In this document: positions 27,339 to 37,409 of the stretch, in pieces | Layout: every line of letters begins with the position of its first letter | How positions within the stretch are numbered: position 1 is the stretch's first letter | Origin: Candidatus Thermofontivivens primus | GTDB lineage: Bacteria > Sysuimicrobiota > Sysuimicrobiia > Sysuimicrobiales > Thermofontiviventaceae | Length of the DNA: 64,000 nt | Direction of reading: 5' to 3' | NCBI GenBank assembly: GCA_031458695.1 | Contig: JAVKJW010000001.1 | Span: forward strand, 1 to 64,000 | Translations under genes and position numbers: made by a program | The notes under the pieces: model-generated | What the model was told of the DNA's origin: nothing | Seen by the model: the letters and a program-made list of their open reading frames with translations, nothing else | Databases searched by the model: none

Positions 27339-28470
27339 AAAAACCATCCGTCTCCCGGAAGGTACCCAGGGAAGCGAGGTCATCCTCGAACCCCTAGAAA
27401 ATGGGTGGAGCGTGTGGTTTGCGCGTCCCGACGTCCGCCGGGTATACATCGAGCCTACCACGCGCTGCAACCTCGACTGCGCGATGTGTGTCCGCAGGGT
27501 CTGGAAGGATCCTGTTGGGGAGATGGGCTGGGAGACATTCCAGAAGGTCCTCGAAGACCTTCGGTCCTTCCCCGACCTTCACAGGGTGACCTTCGGAGGC
27601 TTTGGAGAGCCCCTCGTGCATCCCCGCATCGTGGAGATGGTGGCCCAGGTTCGAGACCTGGGGGTGGGGGTCACGCTCACCACAAATGGTGTCTTGCTGG
27701 ACCGTTCCATGTCCGAGGCGTTGCTGGAGGCCGGCCTGGATACCATCGTCGTCTCTGTCGACCCCATGCATGTTCAGGCCTACGCGCGGGCGGGGCTCAT
27801 GGAAGGGGTGGACCGCGTCCTGACCAACGTACAAGGGCTCCGGGAACTGGCACGGAGGCGCAATCTCATGGTTCCCCGCATCGGATTGGAGTATGTGGTT
27901 ACCCGGAGTAACCTGGAAGAGCTCACCCTGTTGCCTGAGCTGGCAAAAGCACTCGGAGCTTCCTCTGTCTTGGTGACCAACCTCCTCCCCCATACGCAAG
28001 ATCTTGCCAGCGATATCCTGTACGATCGGGATGAGCCACTTCCTCTCCCAGCTGGATGGCCGGTGCCAAGCGGCGATTGGATTGTGTGGGGAATTCCCAA
28101 ACTCCCTCGCCTGAAGTGGGGCGCTCACCGCCGTTGCCGGTTCGTAGAGCAGCGTGCGCTGGTGATCGCGTGGGACGGCGTGGTAAGCCCATGCTACCAC
28201 CTCCTCCATTCCTATCCCTTCTACATCTACGGGAGGCGCAAGGAGGTTACGCGCTATGTGCTCGGCCATGTAGGGGAACGCTCCCTGCTCGAGATCTGGA
28301 CATCTCCGGAGTACGTGCTCTTCCGTGCGAAGGTCCGGGAGTTCCGGTTCCCTTCCTGTGTCGACTGCGGGATGAACTGCACATTTGCCCAGGAGAACGC
28401 CGACTGCTGGGGCAACAACCCTTCCTGCGCCGACTGCCTCTGGGCCCAAGACATGATCCTCTGTCCCTAA
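27307..28470 (+). CDS. Radical SAM/SPASM protein, resembling tungsten-cofactor oxidoreductase maturases
   Basis: CNLDCAMC, GFGEPL, SPCY, C-terminal FPSCVDC..C..DCWGNNPSCADCLWAQD..CP. Confidence 0.8.
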   Translation: MNVGRLILGPEKTIRLPEGTQGSEVILEPLENGWSVWFARPDVRRVYIEPTTRCNLDCAMCVRRVWKDPVGEMGWETFQKVLEDLRSFPDLHRVTFGGFGEPLVHPRIVEMVAQVRDLGVGVTLTTNGVLLDRSMSEALLEAGLDTIVVSVDPMHVQAYARAGLMEGVDRVLTNVQGLRELARRRNLMVPRIGLEYVVTRSNLEELTLLPELAKALGASSVLVTNLLPHTQDLASDILYDRDEPLPLPAGWPVPSGDWIVWGIPKLPRLKWGAHRRCRFVEQRALVIAWDGVVSPCYHLLHSYPFYIYGRRKEVTRYVLGHVGERSLLEIWTSPEYVLFRAKVREFRFPSCVDCGMNCTFAQENADCWGNNPSCADCLWAQDMILCP

Positions 28471-28562
28471 GGTATCCCACCCAAAATTCCTACGCTGGTC
28501 ACCTGTCAAGCCATTTGTCCATTTACCCGAACGATAAGAAAACAGATCTTCTTGACGGAACC

Positions 28563-29957
28563 TCACCGCCTTCGATACAACTCCAAAATGCCATCTTGAC
28601 GGACAACCAACAAAAATCGCCAGTCCTCCGTCAACGTGGCTGGCGGATAGATAAACCGAAAGCCACTGGAGATCGTATCCAACATTTGCCCTTCTCTCGT
28701 GCCAATGCGCTGAAGAATGCGCTTCCCGGGAATATCCCAGAAAAAGAGCGTGGCCCAACCATGAGGGCGTTCCCTGCCATGCAGGACAGCCGCATAGTGG
28801 CCGTCCGGTGAAACGCCAGCAAGTGTATCAAAGTAAAAGCCTGCCCCAGCAGGACGAACGTATTCGTCCAATACCGCAAAGGTCGATGGGTCAATGACAA
28901 AGAAACCACGTGCACTGGTGATGTACAGCAACCGGCTGTCCGGCGAAAAGGCTAAGCCCCAGATTACACTATCGGGAGCGCCACCGATCCGTCTGAGCGT
29001 TCTTCGATCCGGCTGAAGGAAAGAACCGTCCATGAAACGATACACGCAAAGAAAGTTCCCTCCACCTACAGCCAAATACCTGTCGGAAATAGCAACGGCC
29101 CTCACAATCGGACGTTCTCCCGAGCACGGGATAAGTCCTACACTGATCACTTCACGCAGGTCTTCGGTCGAAAACACAGTGAAAGAATCCTTCCTCGCGG
29201 CCTTTGAGACAAACATCAACCGACCGCCATGCGACCATCCTATGGGCGAACGGCCTCGAATTTGCGCAATTGGGCTCAGGCCACCACCCTTCAGTTCAAA
29301 GATCACGATGGCTTCCTCAGCTGATTCAAGCGCCAAGTAACGTCCGTCGGGAGATGCCCGCAAGTTGATTTCTTCAAGGGGGACCCTCATCCAGGTTTCT
29401 CCGCCGTAGAGTTTTTGGACGTCCACTTGAAGAAGATCTGCTCTCCCTCGGTCCTGGTACCACATTCGCAAACCTGCTGCCGTAACGACCGGTTGGTTGA
29501 TGAAATGCCGGCGAGCAAGTGGAAGAGCCATCTCCAACGCCAGGCGCATCAACATGGGAATGCCACGTGCCGCCGCGGAGAAAAAGGGCTGCATGGAGCG
29601 AACAACTGGCGGTTGTTGAGAAATCTGTTTTTCCAGTTCCTTGGCAATCTCCTCGCTTTTGCGCTCAATTTCCGGAATTCCTTTCTTTTCTGCCTCCTTG
29701 CGAAACGCTTCCCATTGCTCGTCGAACCATTTGGCACGGGCTGCTTTCTCCTCTTCGGTGGGTGGACGGGTTACCTCATGGAAGTAAGCGACATTCCCTT
29801 CGGGCAACAGGACAGCCTTGCGGATGTACCCCTCCTTCTCGCGGATCTCCGTCACTTTCTTAAAGAGCTCGTCACTACCAGAAACCTCACTCGAAAGGAG
29901 GGAAAAGACCATGAACACAGGAACAAGAAACAGCAAAGAACGTTTTGTTCGCCCCAT
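28563..29957 (-). CDS. Exported WD40/beta-propeller protein
   Basis: Signal peptide; SPDGRYLA, AFSPDSR, SPDGHYA blade motifs; ATG 29957 behind GGAGG. Confidence 0.65.
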   Translation of the reverse strand: MGRTKRSLLFLVPVFMVFSLLSSEVSGSDELFKKVTEIREKEGYIRKAVLLPEGNVAYFHEVTRPPTEEEKAARAKWFDEQWEAFRKEAEKKGIPEIERKSEEIAKELEKQISQQPPVVRSMQPFFSAAARGIPMLMRLALEMALPLARRHFINQPVVTAAGLRMWYQDRGRADLLQVDVQKLYGGETWMRVPLEEINLRASPDGRYLALESAEEAIVIFELKGGGLSPIAQIRGRSPIGWSHGGRLMFVSKAARKDSFTVFSTEDLREVISVGLIPCSGERPIVRAVAISDRYLAVGGGNFLCVYRFMDGSFLQPDRRTLRRIGGAPDSVIWGLAFSPDSRLLYITSARGFFVIDPSTFAVLDEYVRPAGAGFYFDTLAGVSPDGHYAAVLHGRERPHGWATLFFWDIPGKRILQRIGTREGQMLDTISSGFRFIYPPATLTEDWRFLLVVRQDGILELYRRR

Positions 29958-30053
29958 GGCTTTCACCTCCAGGTAAAATCCTTTCTATGGAAGATCAACA
30001 CCATCCTAAACACACTTGGCGTCTGGACGAAGCCATGACGGGCGGTCCCTTGA

Positions 30054-30887
30054 TCAGATCTGCGGTAAGCGAATTTTGATTTCCGTGTATCCCTTGGGGG
30101 CTGTGAACACGGCTCCAGGAAGGGGCCCTGTGGAAACCTTTTCCAGGAACACCGTGTGGAATTCTCTCCCGTCCTTGACCGCCGCACCTTTCACCGGGAC
30201 CGGGAAGGTGAGCCCGAGATCGAGGGTCTTCGGAGGCCTTGGCTGGGTGAGGAGGAGATGGCTATCTCCAAGAAATTCGGGAAGGCCCACCGTTCTCAGA
30301 AACTCCAGGTAAAATGCCAGGAAGCTCTCAAGCACCCGGAGGTCCTTGAGGTCGAGGCCCAATGCGCTTCCATCCACAAACCAGCCCCGGCATGTTACCC
30401 ATTCGCCCCCTACAAGAGACCTGCATCCATCCACAACCTTCGCTACTAGCCCCCGGATCGTCTCGGTGCCGATGACCTTTGGACTCTCGCAGAGGTCTTG
30501 CGGAACGCTGATCCTGACGAACCCTGGGGGAGTCAGCATGCGCTCCATCTGCTCCCGGACCGCTGGAGGAAGCTGGGAGAGACGCGACTCCATCTGACGC
30601 CGGACCTCCCGGATCTGGCGCAGCAGGTCCTCCCCCACTTCCACATACGATCGACGGGCGTGATCCACGATCCACATCTTCCGTGCCGCCTCGTCGTACA
30701 GGATGCTCCCGGAGAGATGTTCAATCGTGACGTCCACGCGCATCCTCCCTGGAGCAAACAAGAAAGAGAGCCTGGCATTCTGCGGGCCGCGGTACTCGAG
30801 GGTGGCATCGGCGAAAGCGACCCTTCCGATACTCACGGCCAGGAGCATGGCCAACAAGAGTGAAGCCTTCTGAAAACGGCTACCCAC
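30054..30887 (-). CDS. Exported protein, DUF4412-like
   Basis: Signal peptide ending AFA; GRMRVD, DH..RSY, GTETIRG, F..PKGY. Confidence 0.6.
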   Translation of the reverse strand: MGSRFQKASLLLAMLLAVSIGRVAFADATLEYRGPQNARLSFLFAPGRMRVDVTIEHLSGSILYDEAARKMWIVDHARRSYVEVGEDLLRQIREVRRQMESRLSQLPPAVREQMERMLTPPGFVRISVPQDLCESPKVIGTETIRGLVAKVVDGCRSLVGGEWVTCRGWFVDGSALGLDLKDLRVLESFLAFYLEFLRTVGLPEFLGDSHLLLTQPRPPKTLDLGLTFPVPVKGAAVKDGREFHTVFLEKVSTGPLPGAVFTAPKGYTEIKIRLPQI

Positions 30888-30891
30888 CTTT

Positions 30892-31365
30892 TCACCTCCC
30901 CAGATAGATCCCTTGGGGACAGCTCCGCTTTTGCTCCAGAACGTCCCACGACACCTTGAGGAGCAGGCTTATAACGGAATGAAGGCTTTCAGGAATCGTG
31001 CCCTCGAGGGGATCTTGCGTGCGCACAGTGTATCCCCTATAGGTAATCCAGTAGGTAAACCCGTCGTACACGGGATAGTTCGGAAGATATTCTGCCTTGA
31101 GGTGATCGAAGCCAGCGGCCTCCAGCGCTCTCTGGAGGCCCTCCAACTGCGCCCTCTCCAGGCGCGCACAAAAAGATTCGCGGCCTGTGGGACCAAACCA
31201 GCGCTCCAGACGCACACTACCATCCACATACACCCGCAGCTGCTCGTGGATTCCCGCAATCCCTCCCGCCCTATTGAACTCCACAAGCACCTCCCCCGAG
31301 GTCGCTCCTCCTGCAGGTGCTGTGAGCAGCAGGAAGACGAGAGGAAAGAACAGAGGACCTTTCAT
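30892..31365 (-). CDS. Exported small protein, emfourin (protealysin inhibitor)-like
   Basis: Signal peptide; RAGGIAG, DGFTYWIT, IPESL..VI..L. Confidence 0.5.
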   Translation of the reverse strand: MKGPLFFPLVFLLLTAPAGGATSGEVLVEFNRAGGIAGIHEQLRVYVDGSVRLERWFGPTGRESFCARLERAQLEGLQRALEAAGFDHLKAEYLPNYPVYDGFTYWITYRGYTVRTQDPLEGTIPESLHSVISLLLKVSWDVLEQKRSCPQGIYLGR

Positions 31366-31376
31366 GGCTCTTTCCC

Positions 31377-32834
31377 TTAGCGCTTGGGCCTGAATTGGAA
31401 ACGCACAACCTGGCGGGCCTCGTTCCCTGCCCTGTCCTTGACGCGTACCTCGAGGACGTTCTCCCCTTCTGCAAGAAGCTCTTTCCCGAGATTCCCCCTG
31501 GCCTGAGCAGGGCCTCGTTCGAGACGGTCCGAGACGTCCCGTCCGTTGAGGAGAATCTTCACCGTCTGGGGATCCACGCCGCTCACAACGGCCCGGTCCC
31601 GATACTGGATGGCGACGCCGACACCCTCCCCTTCGACGGTGGATCCATGTTTCGGGGCATCCACCCGCACGAGCGGAGGGGTCTCGTCAGGGAGGAAAGC
31701 GAGGGCCAGGGGCCAACCTTCTTCCTTGGTCATGATCACGATCTCTCCTGTCTCGTTCAGGTCGGCGCTCCTCCCGGGACGGGTCCCCACGCTGACCTCA
31801 AAAACCTCCTTCGTTTGAAGAACAACCATGTAGAGTCCCGGCTTCTCCCGGTACAGGCCGCTGAACAGCACACGCTCACCGTCCCCGCTGAGACGCAGGG
31901 TCTGGTCCCTCTCCCAGTCGCCCTTCGCCACGCCCTGGATCGCCATGAGGACGGCTCCGCTCCCCCCGTCGATCACCTTGAGCACCGACGGCTTGCCGCT
32001 CTCTCGCGCCACGTACGCCACCTTCCTGCCCTCCAGATCGGCTGTTAGAGCCCCGATCTCCCCCGGCTCGCGGGTGAGTTGTCTTTCCCCCGTTCCGTCG
32101 AGGTTCGCCCGCCACACCTGGCCGCCCCTCTTGTAGAAGACGGCACGGCGCGTCAGCACTACTGGTGTCAGGCCGTCTGCCTGGTGCACAAGGATACGCA
32201 GGCCTGTCCCGTCGGTGCGGACGGTCCCCAGGTAGCCCAGGTACTGCCTGCGGTAGACGATGAAGCCTCCATCTTCGCTGATCGCTGGAGCTGCGGCATG
32301 ATGGTGCTCGCTCTCGTCCTTTCGGAGAGGCCGGGTCAGGCGTCGGAGCCCGGTTCCGTCGCTATGCACGACACAGATTTCCCTTTCCGCCTGTTTCGGA
32401 TCGCGTTTTTCGATATCGCAGATGAAAGCGATCGTGCGCATTTGCCGGTCGGCGGAAAACTCACTTGAGCTGAATCCTTTGATCTCTGCGGGCGCGCCAG
32501 CCACATCTCCGGGGATTTTCAGCCCCCTCACCGGCTCTAGAAAAACAGAGGTGAAGGCAAATGTGCTCAAACCGGGTACAAAGGTGATCCTGTCACCAAA
32601 TGGAGAGATCCTTGGAGAAAACGCATAGCCACCGTAAGGCACTTCCACGATGAACAAGCGGTCACTCCGATGGAGCACCTTGACTCTGTTGGGGTCGAAG
32701 GGAACGTAGATCTTTGGCGCGACGCGGTGGTAGGATACTTGCCCAGTTCCGGGGGATGGTGTCCCAATAATAAGCAAAACCACCAGGATCAAAAGGTGCA
32801 GTATCCGCTGTGCCTTATGGATTCGAGGATACAT
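31377..32834 (-). CDS. Exported TolB-like beta-propeller with C-terminal Ig-like domain
   Basis: Signal peptide; DGTGLRRLT/DGTGERQLT repeats; DETPP, GENVLEVRVKDRAGN. Confidence 0.7.
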   Translation of the reverse strand: MYPRIHKAQRILHLLILVVLLIIGTPSPGTGQVSYHRVAPKIYVPFDPNRVKVLHRSDRLFIVEVPYGGYAFSPRISPFGDRITFVPGLSTFAFTSVFLEPVRGLKIPGDVAGAPAEIKGFSSSEFSADRQMRTIAFICDIEKRDPKQAEREICVVHSDGTGLRRLTRPLRKDESEHHHAAAPAISEDGGFIVYRRQYLGYLGTVRTDGTGLRILVHQADGLTPVVLTRRAVFYKRGGQVWRANLDGTGERQLTREPGEIGALTADLEGRKVAYVARESGKPSVLKVIDGGSGAVLMAIQGVAKGDWERDQTLRLSGDGERVLFSGLYREKPGLYMVVLQTKEVFEVSVGTRPGRSADLNETGEIVIMTKEEGWPLALAFLPDETPPLVRVDAPKHGSTVEGEGVGVAIQYRDRAVVSGVDPQTVKILLNGRDVSDRLERGPAQARGNLGKELLAEGENVLEVRVKDRAGNEARQVVRFQFRPKR

Positions 32835-33093
32835 TCCACACCTCCCTTTGTGTGTCTCCTCCGTCGGCCTCCCGGGGAAGCTTTCACTCCCTCCTTCCCC
32901 CTGTAGGAAGGAACGGCCACTCAAAGAAAGGTATGGAAATACTTCGAAAAGCAGTGAATCTTCCCTCTCGAGTATTGCTTAAAAATAAATAAGGATACAC
33001 TTCTGGAAGGAAGCATACCAGAGAGAATTCCCCCTCATCAAGCCCCTTCGCCCTACCACTTGGGGAATTCCACTGACGGCGCTGAGGCGCCAG

Positions 33094-33249
33094 ATGGACG
33101 ATATCGTCCGGCAGATTGCGGAACTGGCACAAGGGTTGGTGTGGGAGACCGTCGCTGAGTGGATGGAAGATGAGGCTACCCTGCAGCTCGTGTAAGAGCT
33201 CGGGGTCGGCTACGCCCAGAGATATCACATCGGAAAGCTTGTACCGGTT
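33094..33249 (+). pseudogene. EAL-domain C-terminal remnant
   Basis: MDDIVRQIAELAQGLVWETVAEWMEDEATLQLV*ELGVGYAQRYHIGK; internal TAA 33193-33195; no N-terminal part. Confidence 0.7.
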
Positions 33250-33361
33250 TTGTGCATCAGGCTCGGAATTCACAACCCGATCTGGATCGTGGAATGGATT
33301 TGCAGAGGTTTGCAAATACGGTATTCAAGGAGTGGATGGCTGTTAAAACTCGCATAAAATC

Positions 33362-33436
33362 TGGAGCCGCCGAGGGGATTCGAACCCCTAACCCCCGCAT
33401 TACAAGTGCGGCGCTCTTCCGTTGAGCTACGGCGGC
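33362..33436 (-). tRNA. tRNA-Thr (TGT)
   Basis: GCCGCCGTAGCTCAACGGAAGAGC-G-CCGCA-CTTGTAA-TGCGG...GGTTCGAATCC...CCA. Confidence 0.96.
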
Positions 33437-33552
33437 GCGGTTCCCGTGGAGGAACCCCCTGACTTGCCCGGGCACACTACCCGGGCGACTCTGGGGAGAA
33501 CGCCAAGTGTTCTAGCCTATTCTAGCACTTCTCCGTCGAAGAGGGCAACGGC

Positions 33553-33918
33553 TCAGTATGCACTGAAGCGGGTGAGCCTGTGTTCGAACAGATCCTCATC
33601 CGCCTTCAGGGCGCAGTAGAGCCAGATGAAGGGAAGGAGAAGCCCGCCAGAGAGCACCAGCATCCCCGCGAGGAGGATGAAGTGAACCCACAGCCCATGA
33701 AAGAGGTACCAGAGGGGGCCAAGGAGGAAGGCGAACCAGTTCCACTTGAGCCGCGGGGGGGCCGGGGGCTGGGTGAGGGGGGGCGCCGTCATGGGAGGGC
33801 CTAGCGGTTTTTCAAGGAATCCGCCGATTGAGGCGCGCATCTTGGGGCTCTTCTGGAACATCACCACCAAGAGCGCAATTGCCACGATCGCAACGAACAG
33901 CACAAAGACTGCAATCAA
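33553..33918 (-). CDS. DUF2628-like membrane protein
   Basis: N-terminal TM, Pro-rich linker, WNWFAFLLGPLWYL. Confidence 0.65.
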   Translation of the reverse strand: MIAVFVLFVAIVAIALLVVMFQKSPKMRASIGGFLEKPLGPPMTAPPLTQPPAPPRLKWNWFAFLLGPLWYLFHGLWVHFILLAGMLVLSGGLLLPFIWLYCALKADEDLFEHRLTRFSAY

Positions 33919-34074
33919 ACCCCATCACCTCGGCATAGACTGGATCCTCCTATCCCGAACCGGTGGGCATGCTAATTCGGCATTGCAGGGGTCGATTCCT
34001 CTCACCTCCCCCGCATCAAAAGAAGGAGTCTCCCCCACCTGACCCCGAAAATTTAAAGGAGGCACAAGAGGCAG

Positions 34075-35910
34075 ATGAACGTGGTGCCTGAGTCCCTTCC
34101 GGTTCTGTCTATTGGCGTCGGCATCCACGCCGCGGTTACCCTTTTCCTCCTCCTCCGCTACTTAGAGTCGCGGGAGCGTCTAGTGGGGTGGTGGACGGGG
34201 GCTTATCTCCTATTCACCCTCCACATCCTCGCAGAAGGGTGGGTCAACCCTACGGCACCCTTGTGGATCCTGTTCTTACGCCACTCCTTCTTCCTGGCAT
34301 CGAGCTGGACGTTGACAGTAAGCTTCGTCCGGGAGGCACCCGCCCCTCCCCTGGCTAGGTGGACCCTCCTCTTTGCCCTCCTTGCGGCTGCGGCCCTTAG
34401 CATGAGCGCCTTTGCCCTTAAGGTGGGCTGGAGGTGGCCGTGGGGAGCGATCCCCCCTTCTGTGATCGGAGGAGCTGGGTTCCTGACAGCAGCGTTCCTG
34501 TTCCGGAGAAGCGAGGGGTGGAGCCGCGACCTTGCAGGGAACCTTCTCTTCTGGGGAATGGTCCTCACAGGTCTCCATGCTCTTGATTACCCCTTCCTCC
34601 GGAGCGATCCCCTTCTTTCTACCGTCGGCGCAGGCCTCAGCGGCCTCTTCACCCTCGCCTTCGGATTTGGCATCGTCCTCCAGGCATGGCACAGGACTCG
34701 CGAACTCACCCTCCTCCATGCCGTCGCCGAGGCTCTCAACCGTTCGCTGAACGTCCGGGAGACGCTTGGGGATGTCCTCCGCCAGATTAGCGACCGCCTG
34801 GGCTTGCTGGGAGGGTGGATGTACCTCTGGAGCCAGGAGCGGGGGGAGTATGTCCCCGGACCCACCTATAGCCTCCCGGAGGTCCTCGCAAGGGATCCGG
34901 TCGCTTTGGAGGGAGAGTGCCGGTGTCTTCAGATGCTCGTGCGTGGGGAGCTAGCCCAGGTCATTGACCTTGAGTGCGAGCGCCTCGAGCAGCTACAGTT
35001 CCGGATCACCAATCGCCACGTGACGGTACCCCTGCGAACCTCTGAGAGAACGCTCGGGCTCATGAATTTTGTTGTCCCCCCGAGGCGAGCCCTGATGCCC
35101 AGGGAGCTAGAGATGCTCTCCGCCATCGGGTTCCAGGTCGGCATGGCGATCGAGCGGACCCGGCTCTACGAGGAGGTCCTGGCGAAGGAAGCTGTGCGGA
35201 CGGAACTCCTCGAGAAGATCATCTCGGCCCAAGAGGATGAGCGGCGGCGCATCGCGCGGGAGCTGCACGACGAGGCCGGGCAGGCTCTCACCGCGCTGAT
35301 CCTGAACCTCGAAATGGCCGAGGAAAGCCTCCCGGAAACCAGCAGCCAGATCCGGGAGCAACTCCATCATCTCCGGGAACTCGCCGAGCATACGCTTGGG
35401 GAGATCCGGAAGTTGATCTATGACCTCCGCCCTACGATCCTCGACGACCTGGGCCTGAATGCGGCCATCCGCTGGTACCTGAAGAACGCCGTGGAACCCC
35501 GAGGGATCTCTGTGGAGCTGGAGATGCCCCCTTCGGACAGGCGCCTTCCCCATCACGTGGAGACGGCCATCTTTCGCATCATCCAGGAGGCCCTCAACAA
35601 CGTCGTCAAACACGCCCAGGCCTCGAAGGTCCGCGTGGAGGTGCATTATAATCAATCTGAGGTCCGGGTCTCCGTAACCGATAACGGAAAGGGATTCAAT
35701 GTGGGCGCGGTCCTGGCGAGGTCGGATGGGGGAAGGGGTGTAGGCCTCCTCGGGATGCAGGAAAGGGCATCCCTGCTGGGGGGGAAGTTCTCCATCGCCT
35801 CTGCGCCCGGCCGAGGGACGCGCGTGGAACTTGTCCTTCCCCTCACCCAGGCCGCAAGCTCCGGAGGTAGAGGAATCCCTGAGGAGGAGAGTGGAGGTGA
35901 ATTCCGTTGA
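34075..35910 (+). CDS. Membrane sensor histidine kinase (multi-TM, GAF, HisKA_3, HATPase)
   Basis: ERRRIARELHDEAGQ, QEALNNVVKHA, DNGKGF, GLLGMQER; GAF with CxC-x16-C. Confidence 0.93.
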   Translation: MNVVPESLPVLSIGVGIHAAVTLFLLLRYLESRERLVGWWTGAYLLFTLHILAEGWVNPTAPLWILFLRHSFFLASSWTLTVSFVREAPAPPLARWTLLFALLAAAALSMSAFALKVGWRWPWGAIPPSVIGGAGFLTAAFLFRRSEGWSRDLAGNLLFWGMVLTGLHALDYPFLRSDPLLSTVGAGLSGLFTLAFGFGIVLQAWHRTRELTLLHAVAEALNRSLNVRETLGDVLRQISDRLGLLGGWMYLWSQERGEYVPGPTYSLPEVLARDPVALEGECRCLQMLVRGELAQVIDLECERLEQLQFRITNRHVTVPLRTSERTLGLMNFVVPPRRALMPRELEMLSAIGFQVGMAIERTRLYEEVLAKEAVRTELLEKIISAQEDERRRIARELHDEAGQALTALILNLEMAEESLPETSSQIREQLHHLRELAEHTLGEIRKLIYDLRPTILDDLGLNAAIRWYLKNAVEPRGISVELEMPPSDRRLPHHVETAIFRIIQEALNNVVKHAQASKVRVEVHYNQSEVRVSVTDNGKGFNVGAVLARSDGGRGVGLLGMQERASLLGGKFSIASAPGRGTRVELVLPLTQAASSGGRGIPEEESGGEFR

Positions 35911-36560
35911 AGAAGATCCGGGTGCTCATTGCCGATGACCACACCATCGTCCGAGAGGGAATCCGGATGATCCTCACTGCCCAGCCGGATATCGAGGTCG
36001 TGGGGGAGGCAGCGAACGGGCAGGAGGCCATCGAGCTCACCCGCAAACTCCGGCCCGACGTGGTGGTCATGGACATCAGCATGCCAGGGGTCTCCGGGAT
36101 TCACGCCACGAAGGCAATCAAGGCGGAGATGCCCGAGGTGAATGTCCTGGCGCTCACGATGCACGAAGACGAGACGTACGTCTTCCAGCTCCTGAAGGCC
36201 GGGGCTGCTGGCTACGTTCTTAAACGCGGTGCAGCCTCCGACCTTGTCAATGCTGTCCGGGCAGCCAGCAAAGGGGAGGCCTTCCTCTACCCTTCCGTGG
36301 CCAAGGCGGTGGTCCAGGACTACCTCCAGCGGGTAGAGGCTGGGGAAGAGCGCGAGCGCTGGGATGGACTCACCCAGCGGGAGAGGGAGATCCTCAAGCT
36401 GATCGCAGAAGGCTATACCAACCAGGAAATTGCTCAGAAGCTTTACATCAGTGTCAAGACCGTCCAGACCCACCGGGCACACATCTTGGAGAAGCTCGGT
36501 CTGCACGACCGCACCGAGCTCGTGCGCTATGCCATCCGGAAGGGTCTCATCGAACCGTAG
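35907..36560 (+). CDS. NarL/LuxR-family response regulator
   Basis: IADDH, VMDISMP, LTQREREIL, ISVKTVQTHR. Confidence 0.95.
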   Translation: MKKIRVLIADDHTIVREGIRMILTAQPDIEVVGEAANGQEAIELTRKLRPDVVVMDISMPGVSGIHATKAIKAEMPEVNVLALTMHEDETYVFQLLKAGAAGYVLKRGAASDLVNAVRAASKGEAFLYPSVAKAVVQDYLQRVEAGEERERWDGLTQREREILKLIAEGYTNQEIAQKLYISVKTVQTHRAHILEKLGLHDRTELVRYAIRKGLIEP

Positions 36561-36717
36561 ATCCCCCAGGTTTCGCCAGGCAATGATCCGGTTTCCCCCA
36601 CAACGATCTACTGCATCTCCATAAGCGCAAAATCGGTTCTGTACCCGATAGCGGACCAGCCTTCCGTGTGTTACCGTTAGGGCAAGGAGTCCCTGCCGGA
36701 GGCCTTCCAGCTTCACC

Positions 36718-37104
36718 ATGCGAAAGGTTCGCGTAGTGATCGCCGACAGATTTGTAGAGACACGGGGAGCCATCAAACACCTCCTGAAACGGGATCCGTG
36801 GATCGAAGTGGTCGGGGAGATCTCTAGTTGCTCCGAAGTCATCCCCACGGTATCTGCATTGCGTCCCGATGCCTTGCTCATTGACGCCATGGGGCAAATG
36901 AGAGGGCTTGAGGTGATCCGGGAGCTCCGGGCGCTCTTTCCGGAGATCCGCATCATCGCCCTCACCGATCACAGCGAGGAAGAATACAAGCGCACGACCC
37001 TGGCCGCGGGAGCGGATTGCTGGATCCCAAAGATCCGACTCGGAAAAGACCTCCTCCCCATGGTTCGGGCCCTCTTCCCCAATGGGGTACAGAAAGTGGG
37101 TTAA
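36718..37104 (+). CDS. Stand-alone receiver domain protein
   Basis: VVIAD, PDALLID, IIALT, GAD.WIPK. Confidence 0.75.
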   Translation: MRKVRVVIADRFVETRGAIKHLLKRDPWIEVVGEISSCSEVIPTVSALRPDALLIDAMGQMRGLEVIRELRALFPEIRIIALTDHSEEEYKRTTLAAGADCWIPKIRLGKDLLPMVRALFPNGVQKVG

Positions 37105-37235
37105 TCGCGTCCTTACCTCGGGAATGGTGGGAACAGTCTTGTCACTCTGCCGGGTCGTCACTGAACCCGCTATCCTTCCTCCATCCATGGCCTGATGAGC
37201 TATCCTGTTTCGACCCGATGGTACGCCCCAGGGCA

Positions 37236-37263
37236 ATCGGATACCATGGGGATGGTATCCGAT
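37236..37263. repeat. Perfect 12-4-12 inverted repeat
   Basis: ATCGGATACCAT-gggg-ATGGTATCCGAT. Confidence 0.8.
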
Positions 37264-37409
37264 CCTTTGGAGTTCTCCAGAGGGATTCCAAGAGGGGGCT
37301 CCTTGAAAATCCTGCGTGATTCTTGGGATTCGAGGGAGTCCAGCAAAATCTCCTGAGAGGATTTTCTGGGACCTCGGGATCTCAAGAAGGCGGACAGGAG
37401 CGGAACGCC

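Noticed and set aside
28471..33436. Intact integrative element at tRNA-Thr
   Set aside because: No integrase and no duplicated tRNA 3' end found by eye; reported only as a possible old hotspot.
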